Shown here: positions 1-9,735 of the stretch, in pieces
How the letters are laid out: every line of letters starts with the position of its first letter
Numbering within the stretch: the stretch's first letter is position 1
Origin: a virus
Taxonomy: Duplodnaviria; Caudoviricetes
DNA: 64,000 nucleotides
IMG/VR virus record: IMGVR_UViG_2706795618_000001
Location: 13,833 to 77,832 of that record
Reading direction: 5' to 3' (one strand)
Program-made: the position numbers and the translations under genes
Notes under the pieces: generated by a model
The model's input: only the letters and a program-made list of their open reading frames with translations
Databases searched by the model: none
Told to the model about the DNA's origin: nothing

Positions 1-26
1 TGGAGCAGCGCGCCGGTCTGCTCAAC

Positions 27-221
27 ATGGCTCGACGGATGCCCCGCACGGGGGTACCGGCCGAGACGCCCCAGCCACCCCCGACCAACCCACGACGGGT
101 GGACAGCTGGGATTCCTTGCCGCTGGAGGAATTTGAACGCCTTCGGCAAGCCAACTACGCCCAAGGCCCTGCCCCCTCGCGCAAACCGAGGGGGCGTGTC
201 TCGCAACCGAGAAGGAGGTGA
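27..221 (+). CDS. Probable C-terminal part of tail assembly chaperone (true start may lie upstream of the window)
   Basis: Position directly before the tape measure gene; frameshift site not visible. Confidence 0.5.
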   Translation: MARRMPRTGVPAETPQPPPTNPRRVDSWDSLPLEEFERLRQANYAQGPAPSRKPRGRVSQPRRR

Positions 222-227
222 CCCGCT

Positions 228-3200
228 GTGACGACACCAGGTGGTGGTATCGAGCTAGCCCAGATATGGGTTCCGCTGATGCCCGAAGCGTCGAAACTCG
301 CTGCGGGCGTTGAACGGATCGGTCGAGACGCGGAGAAGCGGTTCGGTGCCGCCACCAAGGTCATGGGCTCGCAGATGGCCCGCGCGGTGGAGTCCAACGC
401 GGGCCGTCTGCGCCAGGCCCTGGCCGATGTCGAGAAGCGCACCCTGGCCGTCGAGAAGGCCAAGCAGCGGGAGGCCGACACCCAGGGGCGGCTCAACGTA
501 GCGGAGAAGCGCTACCACGAACTGCGGAACAGCAGCAGCGCCAAGGAATCCCAGCGGATCAAGGCGTACGAGGACATGAATCGGCTGCAGCGTGCGCTGA
601 CAGCCTCGACCACCACGCTGACCCGCGAGACCAAGATGCTGGCCACCGCCCAGGCCGAAGTAACGGCGGCCCAGGCGGCTCAGAGCAAGGTGGCCAAGCT
701 GCCGATCGCGCAGCGACTGGCGGTCGCGGCCCAGGCATCTGGTGTGGACGCCGGTCGGTCGTTCCACAACGGGTTCAACTCGATGCTGCGGTCGGGCGCG
801 ATGCTGGCCGGCGTCGGCGGGTTCGCCGCCACCCTGAAGGGCGTCGTGACCGCCGGGGTGGACATGGAAGCCAACCTCAACCGGCTCCAAGGTGTCACCA
901 ACGCCAACGCCCAGCAGATGGCCAGGGCCAGCGAGGTTGCCCAGAAACTGGGGTCGGACACCACCATCGTGGGCGCGACGGCCGCCAGCGCGGCAGCCGC
1001 GATGCTGGAGCTGGCCAAGGGTGGCCTGACGATGGAGCAGGCGCTGGCCGCCGCACCCGGCACGCTGCGGTTGGCCGCGGCTGCCAGCATCGACGCCGCT
1101 ACGGCCGCGGAATCGCAGGCCGCGATCCTCAACAGCTTCCAGCTGGCACCCGACCAGGCCAACCACGTGGCCGACGCGCTGGCCAACGTCGCCAACGCCG
1201 CCGCTGGTGAGGTGCCGGACTTCATGATGGCGCTGCAGCAGGCAGCGACGGTGGCCCACGGGTTCAACATCTCGATGGACGACACCGTGGCCGTCATGGG
1301 GTTGTTCGCCAAGGCGGGCATCCAAGGGTCGGACGCCGGTACGTCGTTCAAGACGATGCTGACCCACATCGCCAACCCCAGCGATGAGGCCGCGGGCGCG
1401 ATGGACCGGCTGGGGCTCAACCTCCACACCGCGACCGGTGAGTTCGTCGGCGTGCGTGAGATGTTCCGGCAGATCGGTGAGGCCGGAAAGGTCATGCGGC
1501 CCGACGACTTCCAGCGCGACGTGGCCAAGGTGTTCGGTACCGACGCCATCCGCGGCGCGATGATCGCTGGCAACCAGGGCATCGAGACGCTGGACCAGAT
1601 GATGCGCTCCGTCACCGAGGTGGGCGGCGCGACCAAGATGGCTGCGGCCAACATGCAAGGCGTCCCAGGCGTTTTGGAGAAGATCAGCAACGCCGCGTCG
1701 GGCGTCGGGCTGACGTTCTACGACATGCTCAAGCCGCTGCTGATGTCGGGCGGCAAGGGGGCCATCGACCTGCTGGAGCGGGCCCAAAAGAGCCTCGACA
1801 GCATCAAGCGCGGGGAGGGTGGCGGCAAGGCGCTGGGGATGATCGCCGACGGCTGGAAGGACATCAGCGGCGCGGTCAAGGACATCGGCCCCGAGCTGCT
1901 GGAGGCGGTCAAGTCACTGGCCACCGGAGCGGCCGCCACCGTCGTAACGGGTTGGCGCGCACTGGGAACCGCGTTCCAGGTGATCGAGCCCCCGTTGCGG
2001 ATGGTGCTCGACCTGCTCAACGCGATCCCCGGCGGGCTGGAGACCACCGCCGCGCTGATCGCCGCCCTGTACCTCAAGACCAAGCTGGCCGGCCCCGCGA
2101 TGTCGGTAGCGGCCAAGGCCACCGAGGGGTGGGCCAAGGCGTTCTCCGGGTGGCGGTCGGCTGCCGACACCGCCGACCGCACCATGACGCGCATCACCAC
2201 CGCGACGGGTGAGACGGTGCTCAAGCAGCGCGGGTTCATGACGCAGATCCGAGACGCCTACCGGCAAGGGGCAACTGAGTCGGAGCGCTTCGGCCGCAGC
2301 ATCGGCACCGCCAAGGGCGCGATGTCGGGGCTGAAGATCGCCGGTGGCGGCATCATGTCGATGCTGGGCGGCCCTTGGGGTATCGCGGCCACCGGCCTGA
2401 TCGCCGCTATGGGGGCCGTCGCCAACGCGCACGCCAACGCGGCAGAGGCGGCCCGCAACCAGAAGGCAGCCGAGGACGAGCTGAAGGGCACGCTGTCGGC
2501 CGGTCGCCTGACCGACGACACCCTGATGAAGATCAGCCAGAACCTGGAGGACTCGGGGGCGGTCAAGCGCGCCCAGTCGTATGGACTCGACCCGAACGTG
2601 TTGCTGCGGTCGGCAACTGGCGACAAGGACGCCAATCAGGCGCTACTCAACAACCTGCAGCGGGTGATCGACCAGGCGGTGACCAACGGTGACGGCCCGG
2701 GGCTCAAGTCGAGCATGGAGGTTCTGAAGGAGGCGGGCGTCTCGTCGGAGGAACTGGCAAAGGCGTTGGGCAAGGAGGGATTCAACTGGGACATCGTTAC
2801 CAAGAAGTTGAACGACTACAACCAGGCTCAGCGAGAAGCGTTCGACCGCAACAAGACTGACCCTGACGCCCAGTACGAGCCCGCGCTGGCGAGCCTGGAG
2901 CAGCTACTGCGGCGACTGCCTGACTACGCGGAGTCGGCCGCGACGATGAACCAACTGGTCAACAACCAGGCGCTGACCGCCACACAGGCGGCCGAGTCGT
3001 GGACGCGCCAGAACGCCGCGATGAACGGGACGGTGGAGGCCACCGACCGTGGCCGCGAGGCGTTCCAGGCCCTTGGGGCCCAAATCGTCGCAACGCCAAG
3101 CGAAAAGCAGATCGTCGTGGACATCCCGGACGAAAAGTACGTCGGGTTCCGCAACAAGATGATGGAGCTGGGCAACACGGTCGAGAAGTTGCCAGACGGC

Positions 3201-4913
3201 ACGGTGGTGGTGACGGCTGACACCGACGAGGCACAGCAGCGGTGGCAGGCCTACCTCAAGAAGGTTGCCAACACCCCAGCGGTGACCAAGCTGACCATCG
3301 AGCCGCCGACCCAGGCCCAACTGGACGCCGCGTTCGCCCCGTTCAACCAACGGCCGCCCATGTCGGTGCGCGTCGCCCAGGGGGAGGTCGTCGGGCACGG
3401 TGGCCGCGCGTCGGGCGGCTTCGTGGACAGCAACGGGATGATCCACGGCCCCGGTAGCGGCACAAGCGATTCCATCCTGGCCCAGGTGCTGGGCGGCCGC
3501 GGCGGCGTGGTGCGGGTGTCCAACCGGGAGTCGATCAACACGGAACGCTCCACCCGGGCCAACTGGCCCGTCATCGACGCCATGAACAAGGGCGCGAACC
3601 TGACCCCCTGGTTCCGGCAGCTGCCACGGTTCGATGAGGGCGGCCTGCTGGACTACGCCGAATCGCTGGTCGGCCAGGGCTACAGCCAGGCCACCCGTTG
3701 GGATTGTTCAGGCACCGTCGCCCGGCTGGTCAATCGCGCCACCGGCATGTCGGGCGGCGATCTGATGACCACCAAGAACGCGGCCGAGTGGCTGGCCGCA
3801 CGCGGGTTCGTGGAGGGAATGGGCGGGCCCGATGACTTCTCGGTGGGCTGGTACGACCACGGCGGCGGTCCCAACAGCGGCCACATGGCCGCCACGCTGC
3901 CCGGTGGGATCAACGCTGAGCAGGGCGGCAAGAACGGTGAGTTCACCCTGGGGGCGGGTGCTGCCGGTGCCGATGACCCCCAGTTCGACCGCCACATGTA
4001 CCTGCCGGTGGACGCCATGTACCCCGAGGGGTCGGGAGGGTCCGGTGGGTACGGGTACGGGGGTTCGTTCGGCGGCGGGGGTGGCAGCGGTGGCTACGGG
4101 GGTGCTGGCAGTGGGGGTGGTCCCACGGGTGCGGAGATGCGGACGCTGCGCAACGCCTCCCAGAAGGTGGACGACACCGCCAAGGCGGTGGAGCTGGCCC
4201 AGAAGCGACTCGATGAGGTCAACGCCAACCCCAAGTCCAAGGAATCGACCAAGGCGGCGGCCCAGGAGCGGCTGAACAAGGCGCAACGGGAGTACCAGGA
4301 CGCCCTGGACGACGAGGCGTCCAAGAAGCAGGAAATCGGCGAGCGGGTGGCCGAGCGCAACGCGCGGGGCACCGACAACAGCACCGGGGGTACCGGCGCG
4401 CAGGGGTTCGCCAAGGACATGCTGTCGGGCGCGCTGGAGGCCCTGGGGTTCGACGGGGAGGTGTTCTCCGACCCGACGCAGTGGGGCATCTGGAAGCTGT
4501 TCACCGGGGGCGCGAACTACGTTGGCGGGCTGCTGAAGAACGCCTTCGGTGGCCCGTCGCGGCTCAACCCGTACGGCCCTGCCGCGATGCCCTACGGCGG
4601 GTCACCGGCCGGCACACAGCACGGCCGCGGCCCGGGGTCGCCGGGTCCGGGCAACCAGGGCGACGGCGGCCTGGGTGGGTTCCAGCTGGGCGACGGCGGC
4701 GGTATGTCGAGCGTCGGCGACACCCTGACGGGTGCGCTGCCCCAGGTGTCGGACTTCTTGCCCGCCCCGGCAACCAATGCGGGCCAACCGATTGACGCCT
4801 CCATCCACATCGCCGGGAACGTCGATCAGCCCACGTTCAACAACATGCGGTCAATGCAACTGGATCGTCAGCGCACCGCATCGTCGGGTCTGCGCGGAAT
4901 GGGCGGGTTCTGA
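228..4913 (+). CDS. Tape measure protein with C-terminal NlpC/P60-like peptidase domain
   Basis: 1561 aa Ala/Gly-rich; TP901-type core (DAGTSFKTML, FGTDAIRGA); GPGSGTSDSI motif; DCSG...GHMA motif. Confidence 0.97.
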   Translation: MTTPGGGIELAQIWVPLMPEASKLAAGVERIGRDAEKRFGAATKVMGSQMARAVESNAGRLRQALADVEKRTLAVEKAKQREADTQGRLNVAEKRYHELRNSSSAKESQRIKAYEDMNRLQRALTASTTTLTRETKMLATAQAEVTAAQAAQSKVAKLPIAQRLAVAAQASGVDAGRSFHNGFNSMLRSGAMLAGVGGFAATLKGVVTAGVDMEANLNRLQGVTNANAQQMARASEVAQKLGSDTTIVGATAASAAAAMLELAKGGLTMEQALAAAPGTLRLAAAASIDAATAAESQAAILNSFQLAPDQANHVADALANVANAAAGEVPDFMMALQQAATVAHGFNISMDDTVAVMGLFAKAGIQGSDAGTSFKTMLTHIANPSDEAAGAMDRLGLNLHTATGEFVGVREMFRQIGEAGKVMRPDDFQRDVAKVFGTDAIRGAMIAGNQGIETLDQMMRSVTEVGGATKMAAANMQGVPGVLEKISNAASGVGLTFYDMLKPLLMSGGKGAIDLLERAQKSLDSIKRGEGGGKALGMIADGWKDISGAVKDIGPELLEAVKSLATGAAATVVTGWRALGTAFQVIEPPLRMVLDLLNAIPGGLETTAALIAALYLKTKLAGPAMSVAAKATEGWAKAFSGWRSAADTADRTMTRITTATGETVLKQRGFMTQIRDAYRQGATESERFGRSIGTAKGAMSGLKIAGGGIMSMLGGPWGIAATGLIAAMGAVANAHANAAEAARNQKAAEDELKGTLSAGRLTDDTLMKISQNLEDSGAVKRAQSYGLDPNVLLRSATGDKDANQALLNNLQRVIDQAVTNGDGPGLKSSMEVLKEAGVSSEELAKALGKEGFNWDIVTKKLNDYNQAQREAFDRNKTDPDAQYEPALASLEQLLRRLPDYAESAATMNQLVNNQALTATQAAESWTRQNAAMNGTVEATDRGREAFQALGAQIVATPSEKQIVVDIPDEKYVGFRNKMMELGNTVEKLPDGTVVVTADTDEAQQRWQAYLKKVANTPAVTKLTIEPPTQAQLDAAFAPFNQRPPMSVRVAQGEVVGHGGRASGGFVDSNGMIHGPGSGTSDSILAQVLGGRGGVVRVSNRESINTERSTRANWPVIDAMNKGANLTPWFRQLPRFDEGGLLDYAESLVGQGYSQATRWDCSGTVARLVNRATGMSGGDLMTTKNAAEWLAARGFVEGMGGPDDFSVGWYDHGGGPNSGHMAATLPGGINAEQGGKNGEFTLGAGAAGADDPQFDRHMYLPVDAMYPEGSGGSGGYGYGGSFGGGGGSGGYGGAGSGGGPTGAEMRTLRNASQKVDDTAKAVELAQKRLDEVNANPKSKESTKAAAQERLNKAQREYQDALDDEASKKQEIGERVAERNARGTDNSTGGTGAQGFAKDMLSGALEALGFDGEVFSDPTQWGIWKLFTGGANYVGGLLKNAFGGPSRLNPYGPAAMPYGGSPAGTQHGRGPGSPGPGNQGDGGLGGFQLGDGGGMSSVGDTLTGALPQVSDFLPAPATNAGQPIDASIHIAGNVDQPTFNNMRSMQLDRQRTASSGLRGMGGF

Positions 4914-5911
4914 TGTCGAGGTTCATCCGCGAGGCCGAACTGGCGGCCTACGACGATTGGGAGAAGCTGCCAGCGTCGTTGCAGGGCTTGGAGACTCGCG
5001 TCATCTATATCTCCCCCGACGGGTACCGCTGGGATCTGATCGGCGGGCCGATGGCGGGGATTCAAGGCGTGTGGTTGGCCGAGGAGTTCGCGGGGGAGCA
5101 TCACTGGCCGTTCGAGCTGCTGCTGACCGAGGGCGCATACGAACTGGGCTCGACCATTGAGCGGGTCAACGTCCTTAAGCGGGAGATTGACCTGGGGGTG
5201 ATCATCGGCGGCCACAAGCGTGGCGTGATGAACAACTTCCAGTACCGGATGGCCGAGAACCGTTGGTGGGCAGGGCAAGACGAGAACCGCGACGGGTGGC
5301 TGGGGATCTACACGCGGTTCTCCGGGTGGCGCTGGCTGCGGGTCCGGCCGATGAAGACGGTGGAGGGCAGCCAGAAGCGCGACCCCGTGTACGCCGGGAA
5401 CAACACCGCCACGTGGTCGATCAAATGGATTGCTGGCAAGCCGTATTACAGCAAGCCGTCGGTGTGGGGCACCTACACCACCACCCCGTCGAACAAGGAG
5501 GGTGTGATCGTCCTGGCCAACCGGGGCGACTTGGACTCCAATCCCCAGTTCCTGGTCCCCCCGGGCAAGGCGTGGGTGGAGGACGGGATCAGCGGCCGCA
5601 TGGTGGAGCTGCCGCTGATCAGCCAGAAGGACGGCTACGTCCTGGTGGACACCGACCCCACTCAGCGGACCCTCACGGCGTCGAACGATCCCGTGGACAA
5701 CGTGTTTTACAAGATCGCAAGGCAGTCAAAGATTCTCGACTTCTTGCTGGGGGAGTTGGACGAGACGGGCGAGCCCGTATGGAAGCGATTCGACAAGACA
5801 TTCACGCAGTCGGTGCCGAGCACAACCGTTGCTCAGCTTCGCGTTCGGCATGAGACCCCGGGCGCGACCATCACGGCCATCATGCCGCAACGCTTCAAGA
5901 GGAGCCGATGA
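4913..5911 (+). CDS. Minor tail protein (distal tail-like)
   Basis: First gene after TMP; resembles mycobacteriophage minor tail family. Confidence 0.85.
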   Translation: MSRFIREAELAAYDDWEKLPASLQGLETRVIYISPDGYRWDLIGGPMAGIQGVWLAEEFAGEHHWPFELLLTEGAYELGSTIERVNVLKREIDLGVIIGGHKRGVMNNFQYRMAENRWWAGQDENRDGWLGIYTRFSGWRWLRVRPMKTVEGSQKRDPVYAGNNTATWSIKWIAGKPYYSKPSVWGTYTTTPSNKEGVIVLANRGDLDSNPQFLVPPGKAWVEDGISGRMVELPLISQKDGYVLVDTDPTQRTLTASNDPVDNVFYKIARQSKILDFLLGELDETGEPVWKRFDKTFTQSVPSTTVAQLRVRHETPGATITAIMPQRFKRSR

Positions 5912-7758
5912 CCGCACCGCTGCTGCAAAGCGTCACCGCTGACGACGGAAACATGATCACGGTCCCGACGCTGCAGTTCACGCGGTGGCTGGATGAGACG
6001 CGGGACAAGGTAATTGGCGCGGACGGGGCACCTGATCCCGTCCGCGACCCGATGTCGGCCTACCGGTATCTGAAGGGTCGCCGGTCAGTGATCGAGGGGG
6101 CGGCACGCCAGCGTCCCATGCTGCGGCTGTTCGACAAGAACATGGACCCCATCGCCCAGATTGCCGGCGAACGGCTGGCATCGGTCGAGGAGATGATGAG
6201 CGATAGCGGCCAGGCCAACGTCGTTCTGCGGTACGACAACTGGCTGACCGACTTCATCCTGCACCAGACCAAGATCCACGAGGATCTGCACCTGGTGGTG
6301 GACCCCAACCCCACCAACCGGACGTGGCGTACCCGGTGGGGCGGGAAGATCACGGGGATTAATGCCAAGCGTGACAGCAGCGGCATCCACACCCTGGAGC
6401 TGGAGGCGATCAGCAACCGCCAGCACGCCAAGCACATGCTGTTTGCCAGTAACCCCGTGTTCCCGCCGGAAATCCAGCTGCCCAAAATGTGGGTGCTGCC
6501 AGGCAATACGCGCACCATTCTGTCCATCTCGATGTTCGTCAACCTGGCGCGCCGGTTCTTCCCGCTGCTGTCGATCCCCACCAACATCTTCAACCCGATG
6601 GCGTGGGTAAACGGTTGGGGCGCAGGGCTCGACCCGCTGATGTGGCCGCTGCAGGTGGCGTTCGTCAACCCGCTGCTGGACCAGTCGCGGCTGTCGGTGC
6701 TGGGTTCGTCGTGGACCGACTGGCACACCGCGATGGACAGCATGCTCAAGGACGCGGGTGTGCTGTTCCGGGCCTACACGTGGCTGACGGAGGACGCCGA
6801 CACCCCGCACACCGAGCTGGTGGACATGGTGCGCGGGCTGGGCCCGCTCCAGGACACGGTGGACAATCTGACTCGCCCGCACCGCAATTGCGTGGTGTTC
6901 GCCCTGGAGGACAAGTCGGGCGTGCAGGGGCCGACGGGTACGGCCGCGGACGGCGTTATCAACCTGATCGGCGCGACGGCCGACGACATGATCACCGAGA
7001 CGCTGTTCAACCTCGACCGCGACGGCGACGGCGAGACCGACCCCATTTTCCGGAAGCTGCTGGGTGTCGCCCCGGAGAAGCCCAAGACCATCTGGTACGA
7101 CGGCCAGTTCTCCGGGATCATCGAATCCGAAATCCGCAGGCACAAAGGGCCTGTCAAGAAGATCCATACCGGCGGCCGCAGTCCGTCGATCCTGAACCAA
7201 GCGCAGACCTACGCAATCCGTTATGCGCTCAGCCAATTGGCTCAGGTCATCTCGTATGGCATTGGTGCATATCAGCAATACGGCACCGAGGGCCTGGACA
7301 ACCTGTATCAGGGCCAGCTTGACAACACTCTATTCGCCTGGCAGGCCTTCGATGACCCGATCCGTGCGCTGCAGACCGGCGACATGGCGTGGCAAGAGCA
7401 CTTTGAGCGCGGGTCGGGCACTGCCTACACGCTGTCGGGCATCGTCACCCTGCGGGTGGGCCACTACAAAACCCGTGCGTGGCAGGGCTTCACGGTCAAG
7501 GTGGTCAACGGTCGTCCCCACGCGGTGGATGTGGACATCACCCTGGGCGACCGGGCGGGGTTCGAGCAGGGCGGGATCATCTTCGTTGACCAGATCACCG
7601 CGATTAAGCGCAGCTGGTCGCGCACCGAACCCGTCACGGTGCAGCTGTCCATCGGTGACGACCAGGACAAGGAGGATCCCGCGGCCCGCGGGCTGCGGGC
7701 GATTCAGGCTGTCTGGACCACCCTGGGAATGTTGCTAGGTGAAGGGACCATTTTCTAA
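5908..7758 (+). CDS. Minor tail protein (baseplate hub-like)
   Basis: 616 aa; RWGGKI, WTDWH and GDRAGF motifs; synteny. Confidence 0.85.
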   Translation: MTAPLLQSVTADDGNMITVPTLQFTRWLDETRDKVIGADGAPDPVRDPMSAYRYLKGRRSVIEGAARQRPMLRLFDKNMDPIAQIAGERLASVEEMMSDSGQANVVLRYDNWLTDFILHQTKIHEDLHLVVDPNPTNRTWRTRWGGKITGINAKRDSSGIHTLELEAISNRQHAKHMLFASNPVFPPEIQLPKMWVLPGNTRTILSISMFVNLARRFFPLLSIPTNIFNPMAWVNGWGAGLDPLMWPLQVAFVNPLLDQSRLSVLGSSWTDWHTAMDSMLKDAGVLFRAYTWLTEDADTPHTELVDMVRGLGPLQDTVDNLTRPHRNCVVFALEDKSGVQGPTGTAADGVINLIGATADDMITETLFNLDRDGDGETDPIFRKLLGVAPEKPKTIWYDGQFSGIIESEIRRHKGPVKKIHTGGRSPSILNQAQTYAIRYALSQLAQVISYGIGAYQQYGTEGLDNLYQGQLDNTLFAWQAFDDPIRALQTGDMAWQEHFERGSGTAYTLSGIVTLRVGHYKTRAWQGFTVKVVNGRPHAVDVDITLGDRAGFEQGGIIFVDQITAIKRSWSRTEPVTVQLSIGDDQDKEDPAARGLRAIQAVWTTLGMLLGEGTIF

Positions 7759-8300
7759 TGGGCACAACGGAATTGAGCGAGCGCGACCTGGCGGTGTGCC
7801 TGGAAGCCGACGAGTGCGAGGACTGGGACGACCCCGACCTGGCGGTGGGGCTTGCCGCCGGCCTCGACCTGCAGAAGGCGCGCAAGGTGGCCCAGATGCG
7901 CGACGTGCAGCGGGCCTACATGGAACTGCTGGAGGTGATGGAGTACCCCGTGGATCAGCGCGGGGTGCCCCACGACCTCAACGCCATGTCTGCATCGGTG
8001 CTGGCCATCGCGTGGACCGCCGCACTGTACGGGTTCCGACGCTCCGGTGACGCACTGATCAAGAAACGCAAGATGTTCGGCCCGGGACTGTATGAGAACG
8101 CCTGCACGTGGGTCGATGTCAACGCACCCGACGACGCCGAGCGCGACCTGAAGCCCGGCGACTTCTCCGACGACCGGCTACGGCCACCCGACGTGCGGGG
8201 ACTTGCCGCACGCCGCGATGGCGAAGGGCCACAAGTGATTGCGGAATGGCACACCAAAGCCGAGGTCCGCTACACCGACGAACCACGACCGAAGGGCTGA
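7758..8300 (+). CDS. Minor tail protein (DUF2744-like)
   Basis: YPVD..G..HDL and LYGFRR motifs; synteny. Confidence 0.75.
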   Translation: MGTTELSERDLAVCLEADECEDWDDPDLAVGLAAGLDLQKARKVAQMRDVQRAYMELLEVMEYPVDQRGVPHDLNAMSASVLAIAWTAALYGFRRSGDALIKKRKMFGPGLYENACTWVDVNAPDDAERDLKPGDFSDDRLRPPDVRGLAARRDGEGPQVIAEWHTKAEVRYTDEPRPKG

Positions 8301-8304
8301 CGCG

Positions 8305-9735
8305 ATGACTGCACCCACCACCACCCCCGGCATGGGCGAGATGGTGTACCTGAAGTCCGTTTTGACCAACGTCCACATCTTCGGTGTGGTGGGCGACGGT
8401 GACACCCCGGACCAGTTCTGCGCCACCCTGGAGATCGCCGGGGACAACGCCACCATGTCGCTGGCCGCGCTGGTCGGTCCCCCGGGGCCAGCGGGCCAGA
8501 ACGCCTTTGCGCTGCGGCTTCAGAAGTCGATCATTGACGACCCGGAAGACCTGCCCCAGAACCTCACCGACGATGAGGAGGACTTGGGCAAGTACTGGGT
8601 GATGAACCACTACGACACCCAGAACGAGCAGCAAATGGTGACCATCACGGGGTCACCGACGGCGGGCACGTGGGTGTACATCCTGGGCGACATCACGTCT
8701 GTGCCCATCCCGTTCAACGCCACCGCCGCGGTGGTGGAGGCGGCCATCGCCGGTATGTCCAACGTGGGCCTGGGCAACGTGTCGGTGGAGGGCGTGGCGG
8801 GTGGCCCGTACTTCATCAACTTCATCGGCGCGATGGGTGCCGTGGACGTGGAGCACGGGATCGCCGACGGTACCGAACTGGAGGGTGGCACCGCGCCTGC
8901 CGCGACGTGCACCGTCACCGTGGAGGGTGGCAACGTCCTGACGGGCAGCCGCGCGTACATCTGGTTTGGCGACCACTACAAGGTGCTGATGATGGGCAGC
9001 CAGGGACCAGTCGGCCCCGTCCCCAACATCACCTGGCGCGTGGAGCTGCTCGACCCCGAGGGGTCGGTGGACAGCTACATGCAGCAGACCGGCACCATGC
9101 TGGCCCCCACCGTCACGGCGTTCCTCAAGGTGCCGCGCGGACCCCAGGGGCCAGCCACCGCCATCAGCCTGGCCCCCGACGTGGACATGACGGTCCCGCC
9201 GACCATCGGCCAGGTGCTGGGCTACGCCGGCAACACGACGGCCGACGGGACGCCCATCTGGGAGCCCATCAGCGTGGGGGCCATCATCCCCAAGCCGTAC
9301 ATCGTCCCGGAGGCGGCGTTCAACAACTTCGAGGGGCTGTCCACCCGCGCGCCCATCGGGTCGTTTGCCATCCCGCCCAACGAGTTCCCGTCCAAGCCCA
9401 TCGTGTGGGGCAAGATCCGCGCCGTTGGCCTGGAGCTGGACAGTGACCCGCTGATCATCGGATGTGAGGTGCGGCTGGGCCATCCGACGACCGGACAGCT
9501 GGTGGCACGCGGGTTCGGCAACAGCACGGGCTGGACCATCCTGACGCCGCACACCAGCACGCCAAGCGATCCCAGCGCGGCCATGACGCCCGACAATGAG
9601 ACGGCGCTGATCCCGGCCAACCACAGCGGCAACGCGGGCACGCTCTACGTCAACCTGTACAACGACGGCCTGACGGGCGTGTACCTGTTCAACAAGACCA
9701 ACGCGCAGCTGTTCGTCCAGGTGAACCCGGTCTAA
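8305..9735 (+). CDS. Minor tail protein
   Basis: ATG 8305 after the upstream stop; GPPGPAG collagen-like patch, DLGKYW motif. Confidence 0.8.
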   Translation: MTAPTTTPGMGEMVYLKSVLTNVHIFGVVGDGDTPDQFCATLEIAGDNATMSLAALVGPPGPAGQNAFALRLQKSIIDDPEDLPQNLTDDEEDLGKYWVMNHYDTQNEQQMVTITGSPTAGTWVYILGDITSVPIPFNATAAVVEAAIAGMSNVGLGNVSVEGVAGGPYFINFIGAMGAVDVEHGIADGTELEGGTAPAATCTVTVEGGNVLTGSRAYIWFGDHYKVLMMGSQGPVGPVPNITWRVELLDPEGSVDSYMQQTGTMLAPTVTAFLKVPRGPQGPATAISLAPDVDMTVPPTIGQVLGYAGNTTADGTPIWEPISVGAIIPKPYIVPEAAFNNFEGLSTRAPIGSFAIPPNEFPSKPIVWGKIRAVGLELDSDPLIIGCEVRLGHPTTGQLVARGFGNSTGWTILTPHTSTPSDPSAAMTPDNETALIPANHSGNAGTLYVNLYNDGLTGVYLFNKTNAQLFVQVNPV

